Origin: Cenococcum geophilum
Taxonomy: Eukaryota
Assembly: GCA_050273025.1 (NCBI GenBank)
Contig: CP158635.1
Location: 21,762,001-21,826,000 of the forward strand
Length of the DNA stretch: 64,000 nucleotides
Direction of reading: 5' to 3'
Position numbers and translations under genes: made by a program. This document shows, piece by piece, positions 48,010-62,000 of the stretch. Numbering within the stretch: the first letter of the stretch is position 1; each line of letters starts with the position of its first letter. The notes beneath the pieces are model-generated. The model had not been told where the DNA came from. It saw only the letters and a list, made by a program, of their open reading frames with translations, and made no database searches.

Positions 48010-48575
48010 ACGTAGTCGGTAAGCATGTGGCCCATGTATGCATGTGGCCCACCTCACCAAAATCACGAAAAACGCGAACGCGTTATACAACTATAACCTC
48101 AATGGCCACCCTACAACAACAAAACCCCAGTTTTCAAGAGGGCAGACTTCTTCTATCTATTAATGCCCATAAGAAAGGCCAATTTACAAGTTTCCGAAAG
48201 GCCGCTAGCACGTATAATGTGCCCAGAACAACGGCACGGTGACGTATTAAAGGCATCTAGCTAAAACGCGGTTCTATCGCGTTAAATTGCCGTCTTATAC
48301 TAGTATAAGAAGAGAGCCTTAAGCAGTGGATTCTATTAATAGATTAACGCGGTATGCCACTAAGAATCGCAATCGTGCGGCAGATGGCTGGTATTTTAGC
48401 TACGCAGCGCGCCAAACTTACTATACAACCTATTGGCGAGAGATAGGTATATAATTTTGTTAAGCGTAATAACAACCTATAATCTAAATTTAATCGCAAG
48501 TATAACTACTAGCGCGTTAAATATAAGGATCCTACGCTTATTTGGGGCTGGTTTAAATATATTTAAGACCTAAAG
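48010..48575 (+). mobile_element. Fot1/pogo-like transposon 5' fragment (HTH-psq + CENP-B HTH), RIP-mutated
   Basis: ta|acgtagtcggtaagc TIR; from ATG 48102 reads ..KAASTYNVPRTTAR*R..EESLKQWIL.ID*RGMP..VRQMA..FVKR..SKFNRKYNY*R. Confidence 0.85.
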
Positions 48576-49385
48576 GTATCGGAGGTATCGACCGCAAGAC
48601 TGATCAAAATAACGCGCGGGCCTTGATCTAATTGGTCTAATTGACCGACCATTTATCGATAACCGTACGACCAATTGGCTTAAGGGATACTTTTAATAAG
48701 GTTTAGGACATTACTGTAAGGCTTGCATCACACGGACCAAAAAGATACAATGTTAAGCCAACCGGCTCAACACGGCTCGGTATTCAATATATATACTCGT
48801 GACAATTACTGCATATAAACTTTAGTATATTTCTATATAATATTAAAGGCTTTAATATCTTCTATGACCTCAATTCAATCCGGACCTCCAGATTAAATGC
48901 GCTGCCAAGCCCGCGAGCTCTCATGATCGAATTGATTGAGTCTTCGCATTCAATTCAATTTAATATTGAAGGCTCGTTGGTTAATTTGCAAGCCTGGGGC
49001 CAGGGCCCGATACTAGGGGACACGCAAACCTCTCCTATCGACCTGATATCTTAGAGCCACTCAGTGGATATCATTTTGAAGCCTCCTAATCCCTAAGATT
49101 AAAAGAAGACATCCTCCCAGATTAATCCTCACGCTAGCTAGGTCCCAGACAGACATAGGAAAAGCCCAGCACCAATTCTATGACCAATTGAACCGATAGA
49201 GAAAAATAATCTGAAAGATAGTGGAAGGGTATCTGAACATCTGAACCAAAAAAGATTTATTCCATTATCCATTCAGGGACCGAGGAGAAAAACTGCGACA
49301 AGAACGAATCCGACATGGTCTCACTTTGCTGCCATATAAACAATTGAAGCAGTTTTGAACCGGTGAAGGCAATCCGAGTCCACTG

Positions 49386-50609
49386 TTATTGAAACACGAG
49401 TGCGTTGACAACATGACCTTCGCGCCAGCCCTGCGCGGCCAGGGACTCGTGCTCGTGGAGGAGTCTGCCCAGGTAGCCAATTTTGAGGCGGGTATGGTGC
49501 GGTATCTGGGTCAAGGTAGCTGTCAGCTTCAGGAATTCCCACATCCCCAATCCATATCCAGGCGAAACCTCGTGAATACCCCAGAATCCACCACAAAGAA
49601 TGAATGGCGCGAAACAACTTACCCCAGCGACCTCTCTCACCCTCCGCACCAGCACGCCCACCCGTTCCCCCTTCCCAACCTTTACCACCACATCTGTCCC
49701 ACGGTCGCTCAGCCGCGCCCGAATCTTCACCACAGGCCCTTTATCGGCCCCACCCCCATCCGCGCCCTCAACCGCCCTCCCCTTCCCCTTCCCCTCCCGT
49801 CTCCCCTTAACCTCCTCCTCTTCACTCCCACTCTCACTCCCCCCCTCGCTTCCCTCCTCGCTCTCTCCCTCCTCCACCAACCCCCCCGGCTCCACAACCA
49901 CCCACTCAGGCACTTTATACCACTCCCCCCGCTCATCAAAGACCCCGCGCCACACCTCCCCGGTCGGACAGGTACACCCGGCAGCATCCAGCACGCCCTG
50001 CGCCTCGGCGACCTCCCCGGCCCTCACGAGCTCCACCACCAACCTCACAACGCCCCACACCTCCGCGCGCCCCGTGACCCGCGTGTCGAAGAAGTCCGCC
50101 CGCTCGCGCGCCAGCCGCGCCGCCGTCCAGCGCCGCGCCGGGGGCGACGACGGCGTGCGCGGCGCGGCGCTGCGGCGCGGGCTCGAGGGCGGGGGCGAGG
50201 CGGAGGCGGAGGGCAGGGCGCAGGTGTGCGCTGGGTTGAGGGGCTTGAGGGGCGTGTTTGGGGCGATGGAGGGGCGGCGGCGCGGGGAGGCGGTGCGGGC
50301 GCGGGCGTGCGCGTGGTCGTGCGCGTGTGAGGTGTGGGATGCGCAGGGCGTGGTGTGCGAGGCGGCGTGCGAGAGGAGGGAGGAGGCGTGCGGCGGGGAG
50401 GAGGTCGAGGCGTCCGGGGCTGGGGGGTAGGGCGAGCTGGGGGTGGAGGCGTGCGAGAGGCAACAGCCCTATTGAGAGGAGGGGTGGTTAGTTGGAGCTG
50501 GAGCTGGAGTTGGAGCTGGGTTGAGGGCTGGTAGCGCTGGTGCTGGTGGAGGGATTGAGGGAGGGAGGAGGGGGCGTGCGTGGAGGAAGAGCGTCGTGCG
50601 ACTCACCAT
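49386..50609 (-). CDS. UBTD1/2 (DC-UbP)-like ubiquitin-binding and ubiquitin-like domain protein (exons 50609-50607, 50468-49623, 49505-49386; ~322 aa)
   Basis: M|GCCLS N-terminus; WTAARLARERADFFDTRVTGRAEVW..AQGVLDAAGCTCPTG..FDERGEWYKVPEW; C-terminal Ubl-like KIGYLGRLLHEHESL. Canonical introns. Confidence 0.9.
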
Positions 50610-50789
50610 GATTGTGTAGAATGATCAATTCCTGGCCCAGAATTACAAGTGTACGGCGGCAGAACGAGCGACTGCCCTCGGGTAAAGTATGCACATTGGA
50701 GAAGGAAGAAGAGGCGTTTGTCGGTGTCGAGTGTAGATGTGCACTTGGTATGTGGGCACTTACTTGGTGGCTTGCAGCTTCAAGTTGTA

Positions 50790-52828
50790 CAGTAAAGCCG
50801 CGCTATACCGTTCAGCTCGGTAGTAGGGGGTTTGAACGTTATGCCGTATAGAAACGTTATATTGCGAGCTCACTTATTAATCGCTGCAAGGGGCTAAATT
50901 AACTCTTGTCTCTATCCATAACTACTTAAAGAAGCTCATAATAGTCATCTGTCTTACCCGCGCAGCTCAACGGCCTCGAATTACTCTCTCTGCCTTTATA
51001 AGAGCTGTAATTAGAGTCTCATCACCATCCTCTTGCTGCCCCTTATAGAGCTTTAGGCGCTCTAGTGCATCTAAAGCCTCATTAAGCTTAATAACTTGTG
51101 GCTCAACCTCCTCATCGCTTTCTTCATCATCTGGCGCGTCATATAAAGCAACAATTAAGGCCTTAATTGCTTCCTATAATATAGAGGCCTCAGGCTCTGT
51201 TAAAGCGTCCTCCCTATCCATATTAATAAAGTTACTAATAGGAATCAATTGCCTGATTTGCCCTGCCTAGCTAAGCTGCTATAAATACACCTCTAATTCG
51301 GCCTTAAGCTAAGGCTCGCTGTACCCGCTTAGCGCACCCTAGGGGCCCTCGCGGGGTCCAAAGATTATTAAATACGTAAAGCAATTCATTACGGTTTAAG
51401 GGCTAATTTTATGCTATACTGCGATAGCCCACTAAACAGCCCTAAGTACGTTTATCGTCTTAAGGGGGTTCCTATCTTATTCTACCTGATCTACCATATA
51501 GGATAGCCAGTAGCGGCGGTAATAGGCTTTAAAGGTTTAAATTATACCCTAATCTAGAGGCTAATAGAGAGAAGTAACGTTTTTAGGCAGGAATTCGACC
51601 CTAGTATTAAGTAAGCTGGCGCGCTCTAATATTATAAGTATACCCCCAGTATGGCCAGGAGCGGAATTAATAAGCAGGAGGACCTTCCTGCCGCCCATTA
51701 AGCCGTTAAACTACTTAATATAATTAAGGAATATTAACGCCGTCATCCAGGCCTTCTTATTAAACCTCCAGGCGAAGTTAAGGCCCTTAAGGTTGCTGCG
51801 CTGCGTGCCAAAACATTAAGAATTCTTTGCTCTTCTAATAATCCATAGGGGTACAATATGGCTACCGTCTGCGTTACTACAGTAAATGGTTATAATACGC
51901 TCCTTCTGCTTTTTAGTGCCTAATTACCCTATAGTTATAAGTCCTATATCCGGCGTGGCCTTATAGAAAAGCCCTGCCTCATCCATATTATAGACGTCTT
52001 AATTTAGGTACGCATCTACAACAACCCTAAGCTCCTACATGCGCTCCTCAGCGCCCTCTATATCTGCTAACCCAGCCTCGCTATATAGTTTCCGTCTTAA
52101 TATTTAATTCCTCTTCTTAAAGTTATCAACCCAACCGCTTAAGAAGCTAGGCTATTGTTAACCCTAATAACACGCTATTATATTCTAAAGCTTTATTACC
52201 ATAACCCGAATAAGGTCGCCGGTAACGAGTATATTAGCGGCCTACATCCGCTGTTGCCATTTAAATAGCGCTTCTTCGAGCTTAGGATTATTAGGAACTC
52301 TACGCCTCTTAAAGCCCTCCTAGCCGCGTTAAAGGACTAATAAATTAAGGTACTTATATTTAGGCTTTAAGGAGTCTAATACAATAGACTGTTAGATAGG
52401 GCGTTAAAATTAATCGGTAAAAAAGCAAGCAGTATCTCTCTAAGGTTTTCCAGGGTTCTTACGGCAGTATACCCAGATCTGCTGCCTTTTACGCTCTAAA
52501 ACTCCATAGCGGCGAAGGCACTTAGGGTCGTCTTTAGGCTTCGCCATTATATAGGGCAAGAGGGGTGTTAAATTAATGAATATTAATGGCTGCGGTACTG
52601 GTTTGTAGGCTTAAGAGTAAGGGGTTAATACTTCCAAAAATAGGGTTTTTAACACCACAATAGCTTGCGCTATACCGTTTTTGTATAAGAGAGCTTTAAA
52701 CGTAACGGCGTATTAAATTTGAACGTAAGCCTTATAAACCTCATAGTAAAATCAACTGTTCATGGCTATTGACCGTTATACCGTAGAGGAACGGTATACC
52801 AAGATAACGGTATAACGCGGCTTTACTG
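50790..52828 (-). mobile_element. Complete pogo/Tigger-like (DDE_1) transposon, RIP-mutated
   Basis: TIR cagtaaagccgcg.tataccgtt / aacggtata.cgcggctttactg with TA TSD; minus-strand DVYNMDEAGLFY, KKAWMT, *PLD*GII. Confidence 0.93.
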
Positions 52829-53598
52829 TATCAAGTTTGGTGCTTGTGATCATAGATGGCTCCCCCTACCCTACCGGGTCTGGCCTGCACGCTAAAGCCC
52901 ATGACCTGCATACCGCCCGCAGAAAGGCGGAAAGTTGATGTGGAATCCTGCACCCAGCCAGCCGCTCTTTCGCCACTATTCAAATCATTACCATCACTAA
53001 AATGTCATGCAGCTGCATCACGCATCATTACAAAGATATTCATTGTATTGGCTTTCCGCAAGATCTACAGCCGTCGCATCCAGATGCTTTTTTAAACAAA
53101 GACCGCATTTTCTATTAGTTATTATTAACTGGAGGTAGTGTGCCCTAGTGGCCGCTTGTACATTTCCTAATAAGGCAGTACGCAGGGTATCAAGGGGGTA
53201 TTCGCAGAAATCAATAACGACAGCCAGACCAAAGTCGATAAACAAATAAGCAAGTGCAGCAGTGGTATCAATCTAGACAAAGTAGGCATCATAAGAAAAA
53301 AAGAAGTGGAGACCTCCAAACATGTGCAATGCCACAAACATGAACCCACGATGAGCGAGTGATAAGAGTTAGACGTAGGTATAGAGCTTAGAAACGCAAG
53401 AGCGATGGTATGTTGGAGAGGTGAGTTGTGTGCGTATGCATGGTAATCCAAATCCGAGTCTGAATCAGAGACTCAGTTGTGGATTGTGTGTATTGTCATT
53501 GGGGTGGTCCGTACGGTCAAACAAGAGACATGCTGTTCCGCTTTTCCGTCATTCCGTCGTGGCTGTCGTCCAAGTAAGAAGGGTCTTCCCACCATACT

Positions 53599-55567
53599 CT
53601 ATGCAGCGGCAGAGACTGCGGGCGTGCTTTTGGGAGCCTGCCCTACTGTAGCCGCAGCTAGAACCGCGTCGCCGATGGAGTTTGGCTCGGTGGCTGAGGT
53701 TGGTTCAACGGGAGCAGCCTCAGCCTCCTTCGCGGGTGTCTCCTCAGTAGTAGCAGGCTCGGCGGCTTCCTCAACCTTTGGCGGGGTCGTGGCATCCTTC
53801 TTCTTAGGATCCTTGCTCTTGCCGGCCTTGCTGGCATTGCGGAAAAGTCCAGTGAGCTTGTTTGTCTTTGCCTCACCTTCACCATCCGATTTCTCCTTCT
53901 TGACGCTACCGGTGAAGTTGCCAAAGATGGAACCGCGCTTTGACTTGAGAGTGGCAGTGGGTGTGGTAGCAGGAGCTTCCTCCTTAAGAGCCTCCTCAGC
54001 TGTCTCCTTTGGAGCCTCGGCAGGTGTTTCTGTGGCCTCGGCTGGGCTCTCCTCAATCTTCGGGGCCTCAGCCGGAGTCTCAGTAGCAGGCTCATCCTTC
54101 GCAGGAACAGGTGGAACGATATCAGCCTCCTTCTTCTCAGTTGTTGGGCTCTTCGTCTTCGAAGAGAAGGTATCCCTCACAAGGCTACCGAAGATGGAAC
54201 CACGCTTGGTTGGCTTTGGTGCAGCCTTTGGTGTCTCAGCAGCCTCTGCGACAGCCTCGGTGGTCTCAGCAGTTTCAGCGGGCTTGGCCTCGTCGCTTGG
54301 TCCCTCCAAAGCAGGAACAGGAGCGGCAGCAACGGCAGCAGCTGTAAAATGTTACCAATTGTTGTAATTGAATGGAATTCATCGTGACTTACTGGCTTCT
54401 TCAGTTGATTCAGCAGAGGGTTCGGTAGCAGCAGCAGGGGCAGCCGCCTCCTCTTCTTTCTTTTCCTCCTTCTTTTCCTCGGCCTTCTCTTCCTTCTTTC
54501 CTAGAAGGCTGCCGAAGATACTACCACGCTTGCGGGAAAGAGATCGGCTCTTGCTCTTGGACTTCTTCTTTCCCTCGGCATCTTCGCTACTGCTCGATCC
54601 AGTGCGAGCGGGAGCAGCTGATTCAGTCGGCTTGACCTCGGTGCTCTTCTTGGGGGTGGATCCCTCTTTAGCGACGGACGCACCTGCAACGGCTAGTGCA
54701 GCGGGTTTGCCTTAGCTTCATGTAAGCATGCGAACGGAACAAGCGAATGCAATAACTTTAAATCTATATTAAATGCATTGCGTAAAACTTACTGAGCTTC
54801 TCAAGCTGTTCCTTGTAGCCAGCGCTGGCGAGAATTTCTTCCCGGGAATCCTTAGCTTCTTCGCGGACCTTTGCAGCGGCCATGAACCAGCCATCGCGTT
54901 CCGGAGCACTAGTAGCCTCGAAAGTGTGCTTGTGGCCGTGGAGCTTGAAGTAGAATGCGGTAGTGCCATCCTTGGTCAAATCCGTCGCCTCAGCCTGTTT
55001 TTTTCTCGAAAATTAGCGTTTGTCCGGATAAAAACTCTGCACGCTGCAAACCATACCAAGTTGAGAACGCCAGCCGGGGTTGCCTTCTGATCGGCATGCT
55101 TGACAAAGTATAAAAGACCCTTTCCGGTTTGGCTCGACCAGGCAGCAGCTGGGTGTGCGACTTCGGGCTTCTCGCCCCGCAGGTAGTGGCTCAAGCTTTG
55201 GGTGGATACTGCCTCATCGCCGAACCAGAAGTATTTCTTGGGAAAGCGGAAGCTGTAGATGCCAAACCAGTTTAGTCGATGCTCGTATCATGAAAATTGA
55301 AATTCTCCAGAGAACTCACTTGACCAATCCTGGAGCCTTGTAGCCTAAGGCACCGGAATGAATGGGTTCAACTGGCTTCTTGGTCTTTGTGATCTTCTCC
55401 TTAGCCGGAGCTACTGCAATCTCCTCAGCCGGAGCCTCGGCGGGAGTTTCAGTTGTAGCTGCTGGAGCTACCTCAGCGGCGGGCTCAGCGGCAGGAGTCT
55501 CAATGACAGCAGGCGTAGGATCGACGGCCGGAGTCTCAGTAGCGGCTGGTTTCTGTTCCTCCGCCAT
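53599..55567 (-). CDS. Meu6-type PH-domain (PH_6) protein with long Ala/Glu/Pro/Thr-rich tails, multi-exon
   Basis: GALGYKAPGL|..KKYFWFGDE..AAAWSSQTGKGLLYF..PAGVLNL|..HKHTFEA....RDGW; repeated KRGSIFG motifs; GT-AG introns between the ORF pieces. Confidence 0.9.
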
Positions 55568-58500
55568 TGCTATTGTTGGTGTGGGTGGATGTTCTTTGCG
55601 TTTTGAGTGAAGAAGGACGGATGAAGATTGTGGCGACTGTGGAAGATAAGGGGTGGAGTGAGTCAAAGCTTAAGAAACAGTGTGAAAGGCGAAGACGACT
55701 GTGCCGGCAGGTGGCAGGTATTGAAAGAGCTCGACCTTGAAGAGGCAAGAGCAAGTGGTGTGACGGAGGGAGAAACAAAAGAAGAGCTGGAGCACAGGGG
55801 GAAGCTTTTCAGTAAGTAGTCTGGCGTCTGACCGAGTCGGGTTGCCTGGGGAGGGATTCGGGCGCTAAGTCAATACCTGGGCTCGCGAAATTGCGGTGGT
55901 TTGTGAAGGGATCGCAAACTGCCGGCTTGGAGGAAACGACTGGGTGGCTGACCGGCCCCGCTTGACCAACGGGCAATAAAACGTGATACACACGACCAAG
56001 CGCGAGAGTTATGCACCCGCTAGCTACCAAGCCACTACCACGCCAAACACAAAAACACAAAGCCTCAGATGCTGCGCTGCCTGCAGCAAGTCAATTTTAT
56101 GAACGGCGCAACCCAGCGTCTGGCACCTCTGCATCTTCTGCCAAGACGCAGAAGGGTAGGCAGGTATTCCAGCTGCTCCCAGAGAGCACCATAGCCAAAA
56201 AAGCCTGCTCTATCTGTCTGATCTCTCACCGTGTTGCTGGTCGCATGACCCGCGAATCGCACCTAACGCGATCGTCCCACCCAAGCCTGCCTCACGAGAG
56301 CAAGGGAAGTCGAGGCCGTCGCAGTCGTCGCAGCCGTTGCCCAGCCTGTTGGAAGATGCAAGAAAAACGGTGGGTCTTGCAATGAGCGTCCATTTACGTG
56401 CTCTGCCCATCAGTGCCGTCACATGGTTGATTCACATCATCAGCCCAGGATCCTTTTCACTGGTACTCTGGCAAACACTGAAGAATGGCCAAGCCCATCT
56501 GCACCCCTTTCGCACGCTGCCGCCACTGCTCACTGCGCCCAGTCCACCCGCTGCCGACAATGCTCAGCGCTGCCAGGCTTCTCCCATCCAACTCTGTCCA
56601 CTTTGTCCACTGCATGCTCTCGATTCATTGAGGACAGAGATGCACAAAGACGGGCCAATGCTGTGTGGCAAGCACAAACAAATTTAATTTCGATGAACGG
56701 CCAGGCTGCGGCCAAAGCGCCCAGGGCTAGACGGCTTCGAGGCAAATTGCGCCCTCCATGCTCATCGAGCGAATCGTGACCTGTTTCGCACGCTGATCCC
56801 CGTTTCGAATCCACCTAGTCCTGCTGGCCTGACAGCCATTGCGGGCGAGGTGGAGCTCGGTAGCCGAGGGAGCGGCGTGTGCAGCCGGCTCTTGATTCGA
56901 TGCCGTTTTTGCCAGATATGGCTCTGGTGGCTGGTGGGTCAAGCATAAAGCAATCCTGACTTTTAGCGTTGACGCAAAATGGACGTTGGCTCTTTTGGTG
57001 GTGCAATGCAATCCATGGCCCGTTTCAGCACCCTTACTACTCTTGGCATCGACTTCGGAAAACGTAATGAGTGGTTATACGAAAGATAGGGAACCGCAAG
57101 CACGGGTCTCTATCCTGACCGCTTATATCCTGCGATGATACTTTCTGCCAATCTACGTGAGACCGGGCCAGTGATAATCACTTCTATTATCTCCGTATAG
57201 CCACTAGGCTGCTTTCGACAACTATACTTATGTCTTTTTCACGACTTTCCATCTTCCTTTTGAAGCGTACAATGTACTCTAGCTATTCACTTCAGAACTC
57301 GGAAACCCTTAGTAAGAAAGGATGCCATAGTCCGATTTTAAATGGTACAGCCACCGTCTATGTCTTTCGAGTATGCATTCCCGAGCCTGTCGTATCCAAT
57401 AGGAATATTGGAGAATCTGTCTGAGCTTTCGGAGTTTCTTATCTGTATCCAATGCAATGCTCCAATATGTTCAGAGTACGCGTACATCTTAGACCGGTAG
57501 CCGTGCCCTTCGCGGAAGAATATCTCCACAAGCGATGCCCCGTATGCTTTTCCCAAGAAACCTCCCGAGTCCAAGGCACTGTGAGCTGGGAGGTCCAACC
57601 AAGCTAATAACAAACTGCCGAAAAAGAAAATACCCGGTACCTCAACTCCGTGGGTGCTGAAAAACGAAGCCATTGAAAATCTAGCAAAATATACAAACCA
57701 GCGTACCAGCCATACGGTGACAAGTACCCCCCAAACTATCGCCATAGACGCCCTCGCGCTTACCTCTCGTCGCCTCGTCCGCCTAGGGGCACAGCCACGC
57801 TAAATGAGAGAAACCCTCTGGGTCTCCCACCGGTCAAAGCATGGCCGGAACCTACTACTATGCTCACTCATTCGGGTCGCTGTCATGCGCTGATTGGCCG
57901 CGCCATGACTAAAGACCGTGAGACCGCGCCTTGACCGCCATTCATAGGAGAATTTATTTTCTACGCTCAGCGGAAAGCAGGAGCCAGCGCGCTGCTCTGC
58001 GTAGTGTAGAACTCAGTGGGGCCCACGCTAGCGAGTAGCACACAAACCAGACGTTGAGAACTACCTTATGCATGAGTGTGCACGAAAGCGGAAACTGTAG
58101 AGTATCGTAGGGGGAGCGGCCATCGAGGCCGTTGCTGGACGGATGTCGAGATGGGTGGGGTACACGTTAGATCTCGATGGCGCAGGCGGTGGTGATGTGG
58201 TTTCTCCCAATGAAAGGGCAAACGGTGCAACTCCGTGTCATGTCTCGAGGAGGGGGTGATACCAGCGTTGGAGGGAAAAGCAAAGCACCGCACCGCATTT
58301 AACCGCAGCCAGCCCTGGGGAAAATCACTTGCTTCACGATCACCGTCCAGGGCGCCGTCGTCAGCACAGCAACACATAAAGTGTGAGGCCCCCAGGCCTG
58401 TCCTCAAATCTCTGCGCGTTTTCGTTCAAGACGAAAATCCCCTCATCGCCACATGCTCCGACAAATCCCTTTGGCAGAGCAGAGCTGCCTTCCCGCATCA

Positions 58501-59045
58501 ACCCCCTCCTACTTGGTTGCCTGCCCATCATCTCACCGCTCCGATACGATCCTAGAAACTTATCGCGTTAGAGATCTCATTACACATGCTTATCTGTTTC
58601 AATTGGCTCCACAACGTTAATCCACATGCAAATTACAATTTATCTCTCACCACCGCCGCCAATTGTTGTCTGCCCATGAAAACTCAATTTGAGATTGCGA
58701 ATGTCATATGCCAAGCCATCGAACGCGAACGGCTGAAGTGGAATATCGCTAACACAAATCTCCAGAACTCTAAGAGTAGCAAACAGTTTTTTGTTCCTTT
58801 CCCTTTTCCACTATCGTACTAAAAAATCCCTCAGGCTTTAACACCACCCAGATGCTTTCCTCCATTCGCGCAGCCTTTCCATTATTTGTTCAAGCCATGT
58901 CAGAATACACACGCAAGGGAATTGAGATGTTCGATATATGTGCGGCAAGCGATTCAGTTTGCGTATAGTTACAACAGCATGTGCCGGGGGGGCGAAATGT
59001 GTGGTCAATCTAGTCGTTGAGACGTGGCGGGGCTCGTTCATTCAA

Positions 59046-62000
59046 TCAGGAAGCCGTGACGAGGACGTATCTGACCGGAGCGTTAGCAAATTGTCTCGGA
59101 CGCGCTCGTGCGGGGAGAGGGGGGTCGGAAACTTACGAGGTGATGGCGTTCATGCGCTCACTGGTCAGCCTCAGACCGACTTTGAGCAGCTCAGATGCCA
59201 CGTCCGGCTGCTTCCGCTCCAATTCTTTGTACTTCTCGCGAGTGAGCAGCCATGCCACCGAGTCGTTCTCCGCGGCTACTGTGCCGGTCCGATCGGTTTC
59301 GGAGAAGAACGGCAGCTCGCCGCATGTGGTTCCAGGTAGAATCACTTCGTAGTAGTTGCCTTGCTCGAGGTCATACTCCGCTCTGAACCGCCCTTTCTCG
59401 AGTATGTAGAATCCGTCCGGCTCATCGCCGCGTGAGTAGAGAACAGTGCCGGCGGAATATTCTCGGCGTTGGAAATACGGGGCCGCACGATGCCAAAAGT
59501 CTTCGTTCCGGTCGCTGACGTCCTCGAAAGTCTGGAGCATGATTTTGATTGGTTGAGCGAAGTGCTTCCACTTCGACGGAATGATTGTGTCGTTTCCGTT
59601 GACTACTCCATCACCTTGTTCATTCAATGTAGTCGCAGCTGCTTGCATTTGCGCCTCGCGCCTCGGAGACTGGAAAGCGGGATCTATAGAGGGTTCGTTA
59701 AAAGGACCTGGCTTCAGAGAGCTGCCGAATGAATTCTGCAGCATGGAGTCTTGCGGTTCCATTCCAGTAGCTGCATTATGTTAGCAAACAACTAAGACTA
59801 TCATCACAATTACTTACAGATAGACATCGGAGGTGTCTTCTTTCGCCCTAATCTGCTCCGATGCTTGTAGAAAGAGTCGAGGAGTTCATTTTCGCACGAC
59901 TCCAGTGCCATGTTGAGATCTTCGAACACCCTAGGAGGCGGGCATTCTGTGTCACCCTTTTCTGCATCCAACAACCCAACCATATCAAGACTTTTACCGA
60001 CAGGGTTAGTAAACGAGACCCCGGAAAGCAGTAGTCTGACATTCTTTCGACACAGTATTCGGTTTATACGCTGGAATCCTTCAGCGGCGGAGAAATCAAG
60101 GCCGGTGACGTGGGAGAAGTCAACAACGATGAAGCTAATTGGCTGTTTCTTGAAAGCCTCGTCCTGAATCAATGCACGAATACCGCCTTCCACTGCAACA
60201 ATTGTTCCGAAGAAGAGGTATCCGGAGAGCTTTTGTACCCAGATCTGACGGCGCACTTGGTGCAGATACCGACGGTCAGCTCGAGGCCGACGCACTGTTG
60301 ACTCAGCCACCTCTCCGCTGTAGGAAGCTCGGATGGGAGGAGTGCGGGAAGTTTGAACGACATAGTTGAGGCATGCCAAAACAATGCCAACAACTATACC
60401 AACCACGAAGTCATAGACTCCCATAATTAATACGATTGCAATAATCTAGGTGTAGTTTAGTATTTCTGCTGTTCAAGCGGTTCGACGTAAAGCATACCGT
60501 TAAATACTCTAATATGTGTAACTTTCCAAGTGGATCCCAGACTGCTTCCTGTAACAGCTCAAATCCAAGCATGAAGATTAATGCACCAACCATACACACC
60601 GGAATAAATCCTATCATCGCAGGCCCTGCCATCCAGACTGCAGTAGTTGCTATGGCTAATAATATTCCTGCTGCCCTGCTGTCACCGCCATTGTCAATGA
60701 AGAGGATGCTGTTCGCATAAACTAAATAATTCTGCTGAAATTAGTACTGCACAAGCCCAGGAAGGCGAAGTATTGCTTACTTGTATACTTCCCAAACATC
60801 CCGAAAGTGTGTTAGAAATGCCATGAGCAATTAATTCCCGATTGACGTTGACATTATCCTCCTTAACGGCAACTCCAAGCGCCGGAACATTAATCGGAAC
60901 ATGGATGATACCAAAAAATGATAATGCAAACATGCTGGGTATCGTACTTGCAAGCGCCATCCCATCAACGAGACGAAAATCTATGGACGTTAGCATCATG
61001 TGATCTCGGACCTGAAGGGATTTAGACCGTACCAAAATACGAGTAGAAGTGATAAAAGGGTACTCCCGAATCAGGCCGTGGAAAAATCCATCCTGCATTT
61101 CGGACATCTTCCAGATCATGCTTGAGGATTCCTTTCGCGACTATATAGAAAATCGCGGTTACGGATATAAAGAATCCAGGGAGGACGAATGGGCTTTTCA
61201 CGAATCTCCGTAGTAGCAGTATCAGGATAGAAAGTATCAGTGGAAGCATCCAAAGCATGACAGTATCGCGGTCGAAAAGCTTTTGGAGCGTAGCATAATT
61301 ATACTCCAAATTCCCATCGATTCGCGCGGAAACCTCTACGCCAGTTACGACGAGGAAGAATCCAACACCTCCAATACAGCCGGTAAGAATGCTGCGTGGG
61401 AAGAAGCTGACGAGGTTGCCCAACTTGAACAAGCCAAGAGCCAGAAATATTACTCCAGTGACAATTGAACTAAGACAGTACGATACAATGACGGTAGCAA
61501 TTATCGCTTGCGGGCTTTTTCCAACCATGCGCTGCATGATTGAATAGGCCATCTTATGGAAGAATGGTACGACCTCAATCTGTTCTTGTTAACTTTGACA
61601 CTCGCTAGCGGATCGTAGGCTTCTCACCATCTCAGAACCCACTCCCCCCCTGAAAATTGAAAGCCCAAGGGAGTAGCAAAGCTGGGATACGATGCAGCTG
61701 ACAAAGAAGATTGAAATTCCATCAGGTCCTGTCTTTGAGAAGATCTCCTCGCCCAGTGGAAACAGAATTAACCCTGCTTGTTGTGAGTTCACCGTCTAGT
61801 ATCATGAGTGGAATGACAATACCGTAAGACAGCCCGTCCAAGACATTCAAAAGCAATCCCAAGAACACGGCGGAGAGTACCTGAACACCAGCGACTGCAT
61901 TGTGGGCCACCGCTTCTTTGGTATAATTCTTTGGATTTATTGCGGCACGCACATAATCGCGACCAATCGATAGCGTTTGTCTGAATCGTGTCCTGACTTC

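Noticed and set aside
47506..48995. Possible MITE ends (cagtatt..aatactg; aaggcttgca..tgcaagcctg)
   Set aside because: Short inverted motifs without a matching TSD; boundaries not definable.
49389..50534. Several long plus-strand ORFs
   Set aside because: Antisense shadows of the GC-rich UBTD-like gene.
53477..54367. 296-aa plus-strand ORF
   Set aside because: Antisense shadow of the PH-domain gene's last exon.
57338..57745. 135-aa hydrophobic ORF
   Set aside because: No recognisable motif or splice support; may be real but cannot be supported from sequence alone.
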